This document shows, piece by piece, positions 18,201-24,454 of a stretch of 40,000 nucleotides of DNA. Source of the DNA: Granulicella rosea (GTDB taxonomy: Bacteria; Acidobacteriota; Terriglobia; Terriglobales; Acidobacteriaceae). The stretch lies in assembly GCF_900188085.1 (NCBI RefSeq), contig NZ_FZOU01000015.1:14644-54643 (forward strand), given 5' to 3'. A program made the position numbers and the translations under genes. Position 1 is the first letter of the stretch; the number at the start of each line of letters is the position of its first letter. A model generated the notes under the pieces. That model was not told the origin of the DNA. It was given only the letters and a program-made list of their open reading frames with translations, and did not search any database.

Positions 18201-19800
18201 GTATAGACCGCTGAGGTCGTATAAGCCAGGGTCGCGGTCGGAAGGGAGCCGTCGGTGGTGTAGTGGATCGTTGCGCCCGGGGTCGTGGTGGAGAGGCTTA
18301 TAACCTGGGCCGAGGTGTAGGTTCCGGCCGCGACCGAGAAGGTGGGGGTGGCGGCGGCATTTGGATTGAAGTAGGTAACCTTACGAATTCGATAGTTAGC
18401 CGTGTCGGCGATATAAAGATTGCCAGTGCTGTCAACGCCTACTCCCTGGGGAACATTCAATTGGGCGGTCGTCGCGCTGATGAAGTCGCCGTTGTAGCCT
18501 GCGGCTCCGGTTCCGGCGACGGTTGTGATGACGCCGGACGAGTCGATTCTGCGGACCCGCTGATTGTCCATGAAGTAGAGGTTGCCGGCTGCGTCGGAGC
18601 TGATGTAGGTCGGCCCGTAGAGAGTGGCGCTGAGGGCTGGCCCTCCGTCGCCGGTAGAGCCTCGAACACCCGTGCCAGCGATTGTGGTGATGATGCCGTT
18701 CGTGTCGACCTTGCGGATTCTATAGTTGGTCGAGTCGGCAATGTACATATTGCCGGCTGCGTCGAACGCAACGCTGTTGGGGGTTAACCCGGCGCTGGTA
18801 GCCGGTCCTCCATCTCCGCTGAAGGCCGCCGAGCCATTGCCCACGACGGTGGTGATGATGCCCGAGGCGTCGACCTTGCGAACCCGGTAGTTTCCGGTAT
18901 CAGCGATATAGGCAAGGCCTGTGTTATCTAAGCCGACGGTAAAAGGGGTGGTGAATTTCGCGGCAGTTGCGAGCCCTCCGTCTCCGCTGAAGCCCACGCC
19001 GCCAAAACCCGCGATGGTGGAGATGGTGCCCGCCGTGGTGAACTTGCGAACGAGGATATCGTTCTGATCCGCAATATAGAGGTTGCCGCCCTTGTCGAAG
19101 GCAATGTTGGATGGGCTGCTAAGGGCAGCGGGAATTGTCAGGGTGGAGATGACGCCTGTGGGGGTAATCTTCCGAATGATGTTGCCGCTGACGAAATAGA
19201 GGTTGCCGCTGCCGTCGACCGCTGGGGCTATGCCGTAGATCTCTGCATTGCTGGCCTGGGCTCCGTCGCCCGTGTCTCCATCGATTCCGCCCGCGTAGGT
19301 GGAGATGATGCCGCTGCCCTGGTTGATGAAGTAGCCCCCGCTGACGATGGAGCTGTTGACGTAGCCGGTAGCAGTTGCGATGGCGCTGATGGTCTCGGAT
19401 GCCGGGACGGAGATAGGCGCGGTGTAGCGTGTGGACGAGGTGGTGGGCGTCGAGCCGTCCGTGGTGTAGTAGATGGCTCCGCTGGTGGGGGCGGACAGGG
19501 TCACCGTTTGGGCCGTGGCGTAGTCGCCGGGCATCGGGGAGAAGGTTACCGCGCCGGGGTAGGTCACAGGCGTGATGATGGTGTACGCCGCGCTGGCGAT
19601 AGCGCTGGGCGCGCGGTTCAGGTAGGCGACGGCCGTGAGGGTTTCGGACGCAGCGATGGCGATGGCGCCGCCGGAGTAGACGGAGGAGAAGATCGTCGGC
19701 GTTGTGCCATTGGTGGTGTAGTAGACCGTCGCGCCGGTTGTGGTCTCGGCGATGGTCGCCGTCTGGGCGCCGGTGTAAGTTCCGGCCGCGAGCGAGAAGG
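12251..19800 (-). repeat. Five tandem intragenic super-repeats with a period of about 1.5 kb
   Basis: The YYTTDG-encoding word (plus-strand cc(g/a)tcggtggtgtagtagat and variants) recurs in pairs near 13440/13685, 14970/15222, 16490/16745, 18000/18260 and 19465/19725. Confidence 0.85.
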
Positions 19801-20797
19801 TCGGCGTCGCGGGCATGGGGAGGATCGGCAGGGTCCAGTCGGGATTCGGCGCTGGAAGGGCCGGCTGGAAGGGTGCGTTGGCGGTGCTCAGGTTAAACAG
19901 ATTGGCGACGTTCAGGGTCGGATTCTTGAGGATATTGAGGATGGCGCCGACGGTTTCGGTGGGCGCCGTGCCATTGGCAGGCGTCGTGTATTGCAGCAAC
20001 ATGCCGCAGTTGCTGCCGTCCTTGGCGACGCCGCCGGTCGAATTGATGCAGGCTGCAAGGATGTTCGCCAGGGTGTCGATCTCGACGCTGGAGGCGTAGT
20101 ATCCGGCGGGCAGCGTCGTGCCGGGAGCTGTGCCGCTGGCCACGTTCACGTACTCGGCGGCCAGCGAGAAGGCTGATGCCAGCGATGTTGCATCGCTGGT
20201 TCCGGAGCCGATGGCCGCATACGAGGCCATATAAGGATAGAGTGCGGCGGTCGAGCCGACGGTGGTGACCTCGTTGAGCGTGATGAAAGTAGCCGGCGTA
20301 AGCGAGCCGCAGGGTCCGAGCGCGGCCAGCAGGATCAGGTCGGAGTTGTTGACGGGGCTGGCGAAACCGGGATTGCCGCCCGTGCTGACGAGGTAGACCT
20401 CGGTCGAGGCGCTGGGGCAGGTGTAGTCGCCGGTGATGCCGAACGTGCCTACGGGCAGGCTGTTGAGCTGGTTTCCGGCGTTGGCGTTACTGTTGGACGC
20501 GTTGCCGGAGCCGTCGCTGGTGGTGACGGTCTTGGTCAGCAACGCCTGCGACGGGGAGCCGTCTCCGGTTGCGCCCACCGCATAAAGCTGGATAGTGGCA
20601 CCGCTGACGGGCTGCTGCCCGCCATGCACCAGACCCTTTATCGCATACCCGGTGGTGCTCACGGGAGTTGGCGTCGGGGTGTGGGTGCAACCGGTAAGGG
20701 CGAGGCAGGCGGCAAACGCGACGGAGAAAACTGCCGCCGTCGACGTTTTTACGCTGGACGCGGTAGACGCAAAGGCGGACAGGCGGAGCTTGAACAT
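12251..20797 (-). CDS. Giant surface lipoprotein of about 2850 aa: N-terminal unique domain plus 5 x [two chitobiase/beta-hexosaminidase-C-type (CHB_HEX_C / Fn3-associated) Ig-like domains + NHL-repeat beta-propeller]
   Basis: Probable start ATG at 20797 (MFKLRLSAF..., GAGGA 5-9 nt upstream); the tracked start at 20815 is TTG. Lipobox AACLALTG-C. Ten copies of TPTFSPAAG.Y..AQTV.(I/L)S....GA.IYYTTDGS.PT.SS..YT.PI.V..SET(I/L).A(I/F)A. There are dozens of NHL units of the form P.G(V/I)A(V/F)D..GN(L/I)YIAD..N.RIRKV...G.I.T(V/I)AG.G..G..GDGG.AT.A.L. Confidence 0.9.
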   Translation of the reverse strand: MFKLRLSAFASTASSVKTSTAAVFSVAFAACLALTGCTHTPTPTPVSTTGYAIKGLVHGGQQPVSGATIQLYAVGATGDGSPSQALLTKTVTTSDGSGNASNSNANAGNQLNSLPVGTFGITGDYTCPSASTEVYLVSTGGNPGFASPVNNSDLILLAALGPCGSLTPATFITLNEVTTVGSTAALYPYMASYAAIGSGTSDATSLASAFSLAAEYVNVASGTAPGTTLPAGYYASSVEIDTLANILAACINSTGGVAKDGSNCGMLLQYTTPANGTAPTETVGAILNILKNPTLNVANLFNLSTANAPFQPALPAPNPDWTLPILPMPATPTFSLAAGTYTGAQTATIAETTTGATVYYTTNGTTPTIFSSVYSGGAIAIAASETLTAVAYLNRAPSAIASAAYTIITPVTYPGAVTFSPMPGDYATAQTVTLSAPTSGAIYYTTDGSTPTTSSTRYTAPISVPASETISAIATATGYVNSSIVSGGYFINQGSGIISTYAGGIDGDTGDGAQASNAEIYGIAPAVDGSGNLYFVSGNIIRKITPTGVISTLTIPAALSSPSNIAFDKGGNLYIADQNDILVRKFTTAGTISTIAGFGGVGFSGDGGLATAAKFTTPFTVGLDNTGLAYIADTGNYRVRKVDASGIITTVVGNGSAAFSGDGGPATSAGLTPNSVAFDAAGNMYIADSTNYRIRKVDTNGIITTIAGTGVRGSTGDGGPALSATLYGPTYISSDAAGNLYFMDNQRVRRIDSSGVITTVAGTGAAGYNGDFISATTAQLNVPQGVGVDSTGNLYIADTANYRIRKVTYFNPNAAATPTFSVAAGTYTSAQVISLSTTTPGATIHYTTDGSLPTATLAYTTSAVYTGPITLTTSQTIKAIAVLPGYSNNSAVASAAYVIQIPVASAPILSPAPGNYAAGQTVTISSTTGAIYYTTDGSAPTTSSTLYTGPITVQTSETISAISFPSGYASSTVTAGGYFLNQGVGVINTIAGDGETGYYGDGVPATSTPLSTPTATAVDSSGNLYIADSVNYRIRKVTPAGIISTIAGTGVSGSTGEGGPATLAQIGYPGGVVVDNSGNVYFSDGSIHRIAPDGVISTVVAGASQSFIFDQAGNIYFTYPGQGQFSGIGSRVYKMDHITHGLTLIAGNGTAGYSGDGPAISAELSYQIGGIALDTSGNLYIADPAYNRILKVDTTGYLTTAVGAGTPGLAGGFGGDGGPASAALLNNPSGIAFDTAGNLYIVDTDNDRIRKVTPAGIISTVAGKGGTPSYGGDGGSPLAASFSFVYYAIDTLTIDSFGNLYLADTYNQRVRKITYSTGLAAATPVFSPAAGSYSAAQTVSISTSSPDTSIYYTTDGSTPTTSSNIYTAPITVAASQTVNAIATGAGYTSSPVASAAYTITGSLPYPGAVTFSPAPGNYSIAQTVSITAPISGAVYYTTDGSTPTTSSTLYTGPITVSTPETINAIATATGYTSSSVVSAGYFINQGIGIISTVAGDGISGYTGDGSQATGAELAFPYTTVMDRSGNLYITNAAGSCSCVRKVTPAGVISIIAGSPGHLAYGGDGGPATTAYLNYPEGLAIDSAGNLYIGDSLNLRIRKVDTTGNITTVAGTGAQGSSGDGGLATSATLSNRLYVAVDGSGNLYIADIGNNKIRKVNSAGIISTVAGNGTAGFSGDGGPATSAQLSYPSGVAVDGAGNIYIADESNNRIRKVNSAGVISTVAGTGVQGFSGDGFAATSATLNQPFTVNVDTAGNFYFADAQRFRKVDPSGIITTVAGNGTAGYNSDGINAVTAELNNPTGIFADSIGNLYLTDWANSRVRKVTYSNAYAATPTFSVASGIYTSVQVVAITTATTGASIYYTTDGTTPTTTSSLYSAPVTVRTSETLKAIAVQTSLLNNSSVAIANYVISLPQVASTPTFSPAPGNYAAGQTVTLTSSSGGPIYYTTDGSTPTTSSTLYTGAITVAASETINAFAAPTGYVASSVASGGYYINQGIGIITTIAGTGTSGYNGDGIAATSAQLYSPYAVAVDNSGNVYIDDWNNYRIRKVTPAGVISTFAGTGVSGFSGDGGAASAAQIGAALGVAVDSSGNVYIADSTNNRVRKVTPAGIISTIAGNGTRGFTGDGGAATSAELAYPQALAFDSNGNLYIADAGTYRVRKIDTSGIISTIAGNGTTGFSGDGAIGTSASLANVGGIAADASGNVYIADIGNNRIRKVNAAGIISTFAGTGTKSFSGDGAAAASATLNLPNGIFADTAGNLYIVDSGNERIRKVTTGGIISTVAGNGGSGYSGDGVNATTASLYFSTLNPTGMWVDKTGNLYLADTYNQRVRKVSYSNAFTASAPIFSLASGSYTSTQYLSLSTSSPGVPIYYTIDGSTPTAASTLYTAPIAISASQTVKAFASGGGYAASSVSSAAYSVTLLPAAATPTFSPAAGTFTAAQTVTISTTSGTPIYYTTDGSNPTSASTLYTGPVTVSSSETINAITLSASYTASLTATAGYYINPAAGIINTVIGNGAATYGGDGGPGINASVNNPTGVAMDGSGNLYIADTANNRIRMVTPAGIITTVAGNGSTGYYGDGGQATAAWLNAPRSVAVDLTGNIFIADTGNNVIRRISPNGIIVTVAGTGISGFSGDGGQGTSAMLANPVGLAVDRAGNLYIADYTNNRIRRLSPGGVINTVVGGGSNDWGYGGLATNMAFNKIFSVAIDASGNLYVGDERCHVAEVNPAGIVTMLAGSPSYYTVYPCYFSGDGGSATGASATIYQPYGLAVDSAGNVYIATGDDRIRVVSQAGIINTIIGNGVLGFTGDGGLASAGQVNFNYYVSTGIVTDSKGNIYFSDSGNQRIRKITH

Positions 20798-20877
20798 GGA
20801 AATCCTCGTGTGCAAGCTGTTCTACCCATCGCCTTGTGTAAGCGTGGGGATTGTTTGCAGGTATGCCGAGAATTTAC

Positions 20878-21693
20878 TTACTCGTTCATGCGTTTTACAC
20901 GGTCGGCGCCGGTGATGACCTTAGCCGCCATCGAGCTCGCGATGCGCCGCAGAACGCTGAAGGCCACGCGAGGAAGACCCATCTTCAGGTTACGGCGTTG
21001 TGCTCTTGCGGCCTGCAGAATGAGCTTGGTTTTATTGCGGCCGCTGGTGGCTTCCGCTGTAAATTCATTCTCGCTGAAAAGAATATCAGCCGACTGTAAC
21101 TTCAGCGTACGCGACATGCGAGTGACGACGTCGTAGTCGGCGCAGATCGTATAAGTCATATCGTAAGGAAACTTCGCATGCTCGCGGCGATCGAAGATGG
21201 TGGCTTGGTGCAGGCCGGGCTGGCCGTGCCAGAGATAGCTGGGATCCTTCACCTTGCGCTTCACCTGCATCACGCCGAAGCTCATCAGCGAGCTGCAGAA
21301 GAGAATTCCCGGCCTGTCTTTGACGAGGACTTCTTTCGCCTCGGCGAGGGCAGTGGTGGTCGCAAGGCGGTCGCCGCTGTTCAGCAAGATGACATACTCG
21401 CCGGTCGCGCGAGCCAGCCCCTTGTTCATGGCGTCGTAGATGCCTTTGTCGCGCTCGCTGACAACGGTTACGCGCGGGTCGTCCCAGGTTCGCGCGAATT
21501 CAGGTGAGCCATCGGTCGATCCGCCGTCGATGACGAGCCACTCCCAGTCCGCGCATGTCTGCCGGCTGAGAGACTCCCTGGTCCGCTTGAGACCGTCCAG
21601 GTTGTTCCAGACCACGGTGATTACGGAAAAATAAGGGGACGATGAGGAGGGGGGCGCCGGCTGGGAGGGAAGTGTGGGGGTTGGATCGATCAT
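20878..21693 (-). CDS. Family 2 glycosyltransferase, WcaE-like
   Basis: FSVITVVWNNLDGLKRTRESLSRQTCADWEWLVIDGGSTDGS...DKGIYDAMNKGLARATGEYVILLNSGD follows the GT2 DxD-type fold. As I recall it, this closely tracks E. coli WcaE (SIITVAFRNLEGI...FEWIVVDGGSNDGT...DNGIYDAMNKGI...FLNSGD). Confidence 0.85.
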   Translation of the reverse strand: MIDPTPTLPSQPAPPSSSSPYFSVITVVWNNLDGLKRTRESLSRQTCADWEWLVIDGGSTDGSPEFARTWDDPRVTVVSERDKGIYDAMNKGLARATGEYVILLNSGDRLATTTALAEAKEVLVKDRPGILFCSSLMSFGVMQVKRKVKDPSYLWHGQPGLHQATIFDRREHAKFPYDMTYTICADYDVVTRMSRTLKLQSADILFSENEFTAEATSGRNKTKLILQAARAQRRNLKMGLPRVAFSVLRRIASSMAAKVITGADRVKRMNE

Positions 21694-21768
21694 CGGAACG
21701 GACTTCCTTATTTGAGGTTTTTCTAAAGGTCTTTGGAAGAATGCTCCATAACACGGATAAGGCGTATC

Positions 21769-23025
21769 TCAGATCTTGTTTGCGAGGGAAAGGTCGATGG
21801 CGCCAGGGTTCGTTTGTGACTGCCAGCTCTGTTTCACCCGTGAGGGCCTCGAAAGAGTCCATGCCGGGTTGTTCGATTTGAAGCGCATGGAGACAATGAA
21901 GATAGCGATCAGCAGGGAAGATTCGATACTGAGAAAGCTGCTGGAGGCGCCTGTCGCCAGAATAAGATAACTTCCGGCCAGAGCCATGGACGTATCTCTG
22001 CGTCGCAAGCATCGAATGATGAACAGAACAACCATCGTAAAAGGCACCAGCGCCATGAAGCCGAAATACATGACGAACTCGTAGACGCCGTTGGTGATCT
22101 TGGCCTCACGGAAGTCCAGGAGCTCTGCCGAAGAAGCATTTCCAACGACCGAGGCATTGGCTCCAATCGGGACGCCCATGGGGTAGTGCGGCAGCAGTCC
22201 TTTCAGCACGAACAAAGGCAGGACGGTACGCACCAGGGTCGAGTTGTCGCTTTCGCCGCCTACGCCGACCTCCAGCCGCTTTTCAAGCAGCGGCCATGCG
22301 ATGGCAATGATCAGAAGAGCCGCGATGCCGAGTCCGACGATCGATTTCTTCATACCAGCCGCATAAAAGACCATTGCGGTTACGACGAGAATGATGATGC
22401 TGAACGAGCTGCTGAAGATGAAGGCCATCGCGGTATAGGCAATAAAAGTGTAAGGCTTCTTATCGCGGACCAGCAGCATCATGGCGAGCGTACTGGTGAC
22501 GCGACCGAACATGGAGGGCTCGTAGTAAGAGCCCACGGCGCGCGTTGCATCCGAGGCTAATACATTGGTATAGCCTTCGAAGAAGTTATTGATGGAGATA
22601 GGTTGAATTAAGGTGTATCCGATGGTGGTGCCGAGAAACGTAAGACCTATGTATTGCAAAGCGCCCAATGCAAGCAGGATCCACAATACTTTATCGGGAC
22701 GCATATCGCGAATCACCGAGCGCCGCTGAAAGGCGCACCAGATCACAACGACAGAAACAAGCCAAAGCGCATAAGATGAAAGAAAGCGCGTGATTCCGAG
22801 CGAATAAGTGCTTCTGAACGCCACATGTGCTAAATAGACCAGAATAGGGTAGAGCGCCATCGAGGCAAGCTCGAGCGTATAGCGTAAATTCTTTCCGTTG
22901 GCGATGAAGGTGGCAACGATGAAGATGGGCACATATAGGCTACCCACGGTCACGGCATAGGTTCCCACCATAAGGATCTTGGCATAGAGCAAAAAAACGA
23001 CGAGCGAGAGTCCTACTTTACCCAT
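21769..23025 (-). CDS. Polysaccharide polymerase, Wzy/WcaD-like polytopic membrane protein (putative)
   Basis: 418-aa protein with about 10-12 predicted TM segments and no soluble domain. GC content is visibly lower than the flanks. It occupies the slot between the WcaC-like and WcaE-like genes, which WcaD occupies in the E. coli colanic acid operon. Confidence 0.55.
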   Translation of the reverse strand: MGKVGLSLVVFLLYAKILMVGTYAVTVGSLYVPIFIVATFIANGKNLRYTLELASMALYPILVYLAHVAFRSTYSLGITRFLSSYALWLVSVVVIWCAFQRRSVIRDMRPDKVLWILLALGALQYIGLTFLGTTIGYTLIQPISINNFFEGYTNVLASDATRAVGSYYEPSMFGRVTSTLAMMLLVRDKKPYTFIAYTAMAFIFSSSFSIIILVVTAMVFYAAGMKKSIVGLGIAALLIIAIAWPLLEKRLEVGVGGESDNSTLVRTVLPLFVLKGLLPHYPMGVPIGANASVVGNASSAELLDFREAKITNGVYEFVMYFGFMALVPFTMVVLFIIRCLRRRDTSMALAGSYLILATGASSSFLSIESSLLIAIFIVSMRFKSNNPAWTLSRPSRVKQSWQSQTNPGAIDLSLANKI

Positions 23026-23091
23026 GCGGGGCGCTCCTGGCGAGGACGTACATTTGGGTAATTCTGTGTCGGGTCATAGGATTACTCGGGG

Positions 23092-24297
23092 TTACGAAGC
23101 GGTGGGAAGCATCTCGCGATAGAGCTGGATATGGGTGTCCGCCATGGTTTTGCCGGAGAAGATGGCGAGTGCGCGGCGGCTGAGTTCGATGGAATCCATA
23201 CCACCATAGAGTTCTTCGATTTTGTCGTTGGCGATGACGTCGGCCATAGCCTGCCGGTCGGGCAGCGTGCGTCCGCCTACCTTGGCGAGAATCTCATCAG
23301 TTGCCGGGGAGTTGTATGCCAGCACATGACATCCGGCGGTCAGCGCCTCGATGACTGTAAGGGGTGCATTGTCCGATGTGGAGCAGAAGACCAGGGCGCG
23401 TGCGCGAAGCAGGATTTTGACCATCTCTTGACGTGCCCGCACTTCGCCCAACTCTTCGACATTGGAGTAATGGAATGGATTGTTACGGCCCGCCAGGATC
23501 AATGGAATCTCGGGCCGATTCGCGAGCTTCTCCACGAGGGCGTGATCGACCTTGACGACGGAGTTCAGGTCGGCGGCGGAAAACAGGAAGCCTCGGCGCG
23601 CGGCGACGGTATCCCGATTCAGAGTCTCTTCTTCCAGCGCAGCTTCAAACTCGGCGTCGATGGAGTTCGGCACTACCTGGATCGACGTATTGGGGAGAAC
23701 GGACCGGTAGTTGCCTGCCAGATGTTCCGCTGGACAGAGGAAGCGCGGGGCAGGAAGACGTGCGATTGCTGCCAGTTTTTGCTTCCGGCGCAAACGCGAT
23801 ATATCGAATACTGTCTTGAGATCGTTGAAGCGCAGTTGACCGCACTCGCCACATCCACGTTCCCATCCGGTGCATCCCGCAAGCAGCCCGCAACGTCCGG
23901 TAATGAACCACCAGTCATGTGCCGTCAGTACGATAGGTTTGCGATGGCGGACGACGAGATCGACGAGATGGCTCCAGTTCAAATAATAATGATGCGGTGC
24001 GTGAACGTGGACGATGTCGGCTGCTTGGATGGCGCTCTCCAGCAGAGCCGGACTGCTGGTGACCATGTCGTATCCGAGCAGGGTGTGGCTTATATAGTTG
24101 GTCATCACAGTGGCTTTGGTTGCCAGTCGCTGGATGTTGGGGTCGCCTGCTACGGCGGGATCGTTGGTGACGCCGGAGCCGTATCCATAGAGTAGGCGGC
24201 TATCGACGCCAGCCCCCCGTAGCCGCTTGTGAAGGTCCAGCGCGACTCGTCCGGCTCCTCCCTGAGAAGCACGGATGTTTAACAGCAATATCTTCAC
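23092..24297 (-). CDS. GT-B (family 4) glycosyltransferase, WcaC-like
   Basis: MKILLLNIRASQGGAGRVALDLHKRL... and AHDWWFITGRCGLLAGCTGWERGCGECG parallel, as I recall it, E. coli WcaC (MNILQFNVRLAEGGAAGVALDLHQR..., LHDHWSVTGRCAFTDGCEGWKTGCQKCP). Confidence 0.8.
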   Translation of the reverse strand: MKILLLNIRASQGGAGRVALDLHKRLRGAGVDSRLLYGYGSGVTNDPAVAGDPNIQRLATKATVMTNYISHTLLGYDMVTSSPALLESAIQAADIVHVHAPHHYYLNWSHLVDLVVRHRKPIVLTAHDWWFITGRCGLLAGCTGWERGCGECGQLRFNDLKTVFDISRLRRKQKLAAIARLPAPRFLCPAEHLAGNYRSVLPNTSIQVVPNSIDAEFEAALEEETLNRDTVAARRGFLFSAADLNSVVKVDHALVEKLANRPEIPLILAGRNNPFHYSNVEELGEVRARQEMVKILLRARALVFCSTSDNAPLTVIEALTAGCHVLAYNSPATDEILAKVGGRTLPDRQAMADVIANDKIEELYGGMDSIELSRRALAIFSGKTMADTHIQLYREMLPTAS

Positions 24298-24454
24298 CAG
24301 AAGCTCCTGTGCGATCTCGTCTCAACAGTTTACAGGAAGATGCAGACAGAGCGAGGCTTCCTCGCGAGGGTCGTGGAGCCCCCTGAAGGCGGCGGGTCGG
24401 GGGTGGTTCGGTCTGGTATATTCTAAGAGATCAAGGAAGAGCACCCCAGACCAT

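Noticed and set aside
12251-20797. Giant ORF as an Rhs/YD-repeat polymorphic toxin, RTX/adhesin autotransporter, or assembly artefact of collapsed repeats
   Set aside because: It has no YD/Rhs repeats, no C-terminal variable toxin tip or immunity gene, no Ca-binding GGxGxD repeats and no beta-barrel translocator. The five modules differ enough at nucleotide level to be individually distinguishable, so a simple assembly duplication is unlikely. Long-read confirmation is still advisable.
23131-24195. 354-aa plus-strand ORF antisense to the WcaC-like gene
   Set aside because: It has no motifs, and the opposite strand carries a clearly recognisable glycosyltransferase. The same reasoning rejects 24812..26020 (-, inside wzc), 29515..30885 (-, inside the AT3 gene), 32880..34022 and 33898..34764 (+, over fcl/gmd), 35528..36115 (-, over wcaF-like), 37799..39061 and 39113..39937 (-, over the TBDR gene), and all plus-strand ORFs inside 12251..20797.
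24275-24454. N-terminal extensions of tracked ORFs: wzc from 24275, wza from 26571, wzx from 31212, wcaF-like from 35270, wzi from 10174, beta-helix gene to 29466, giant gene to 20815
   Set aside because: The extensions overlap neighbouring genes or divergent promoters and encode Arg/Ser-rich junk. Internal starts give proper signal peptides, family-typical N-termini, RBS-like purine runs or ATGA start/stop coupling.
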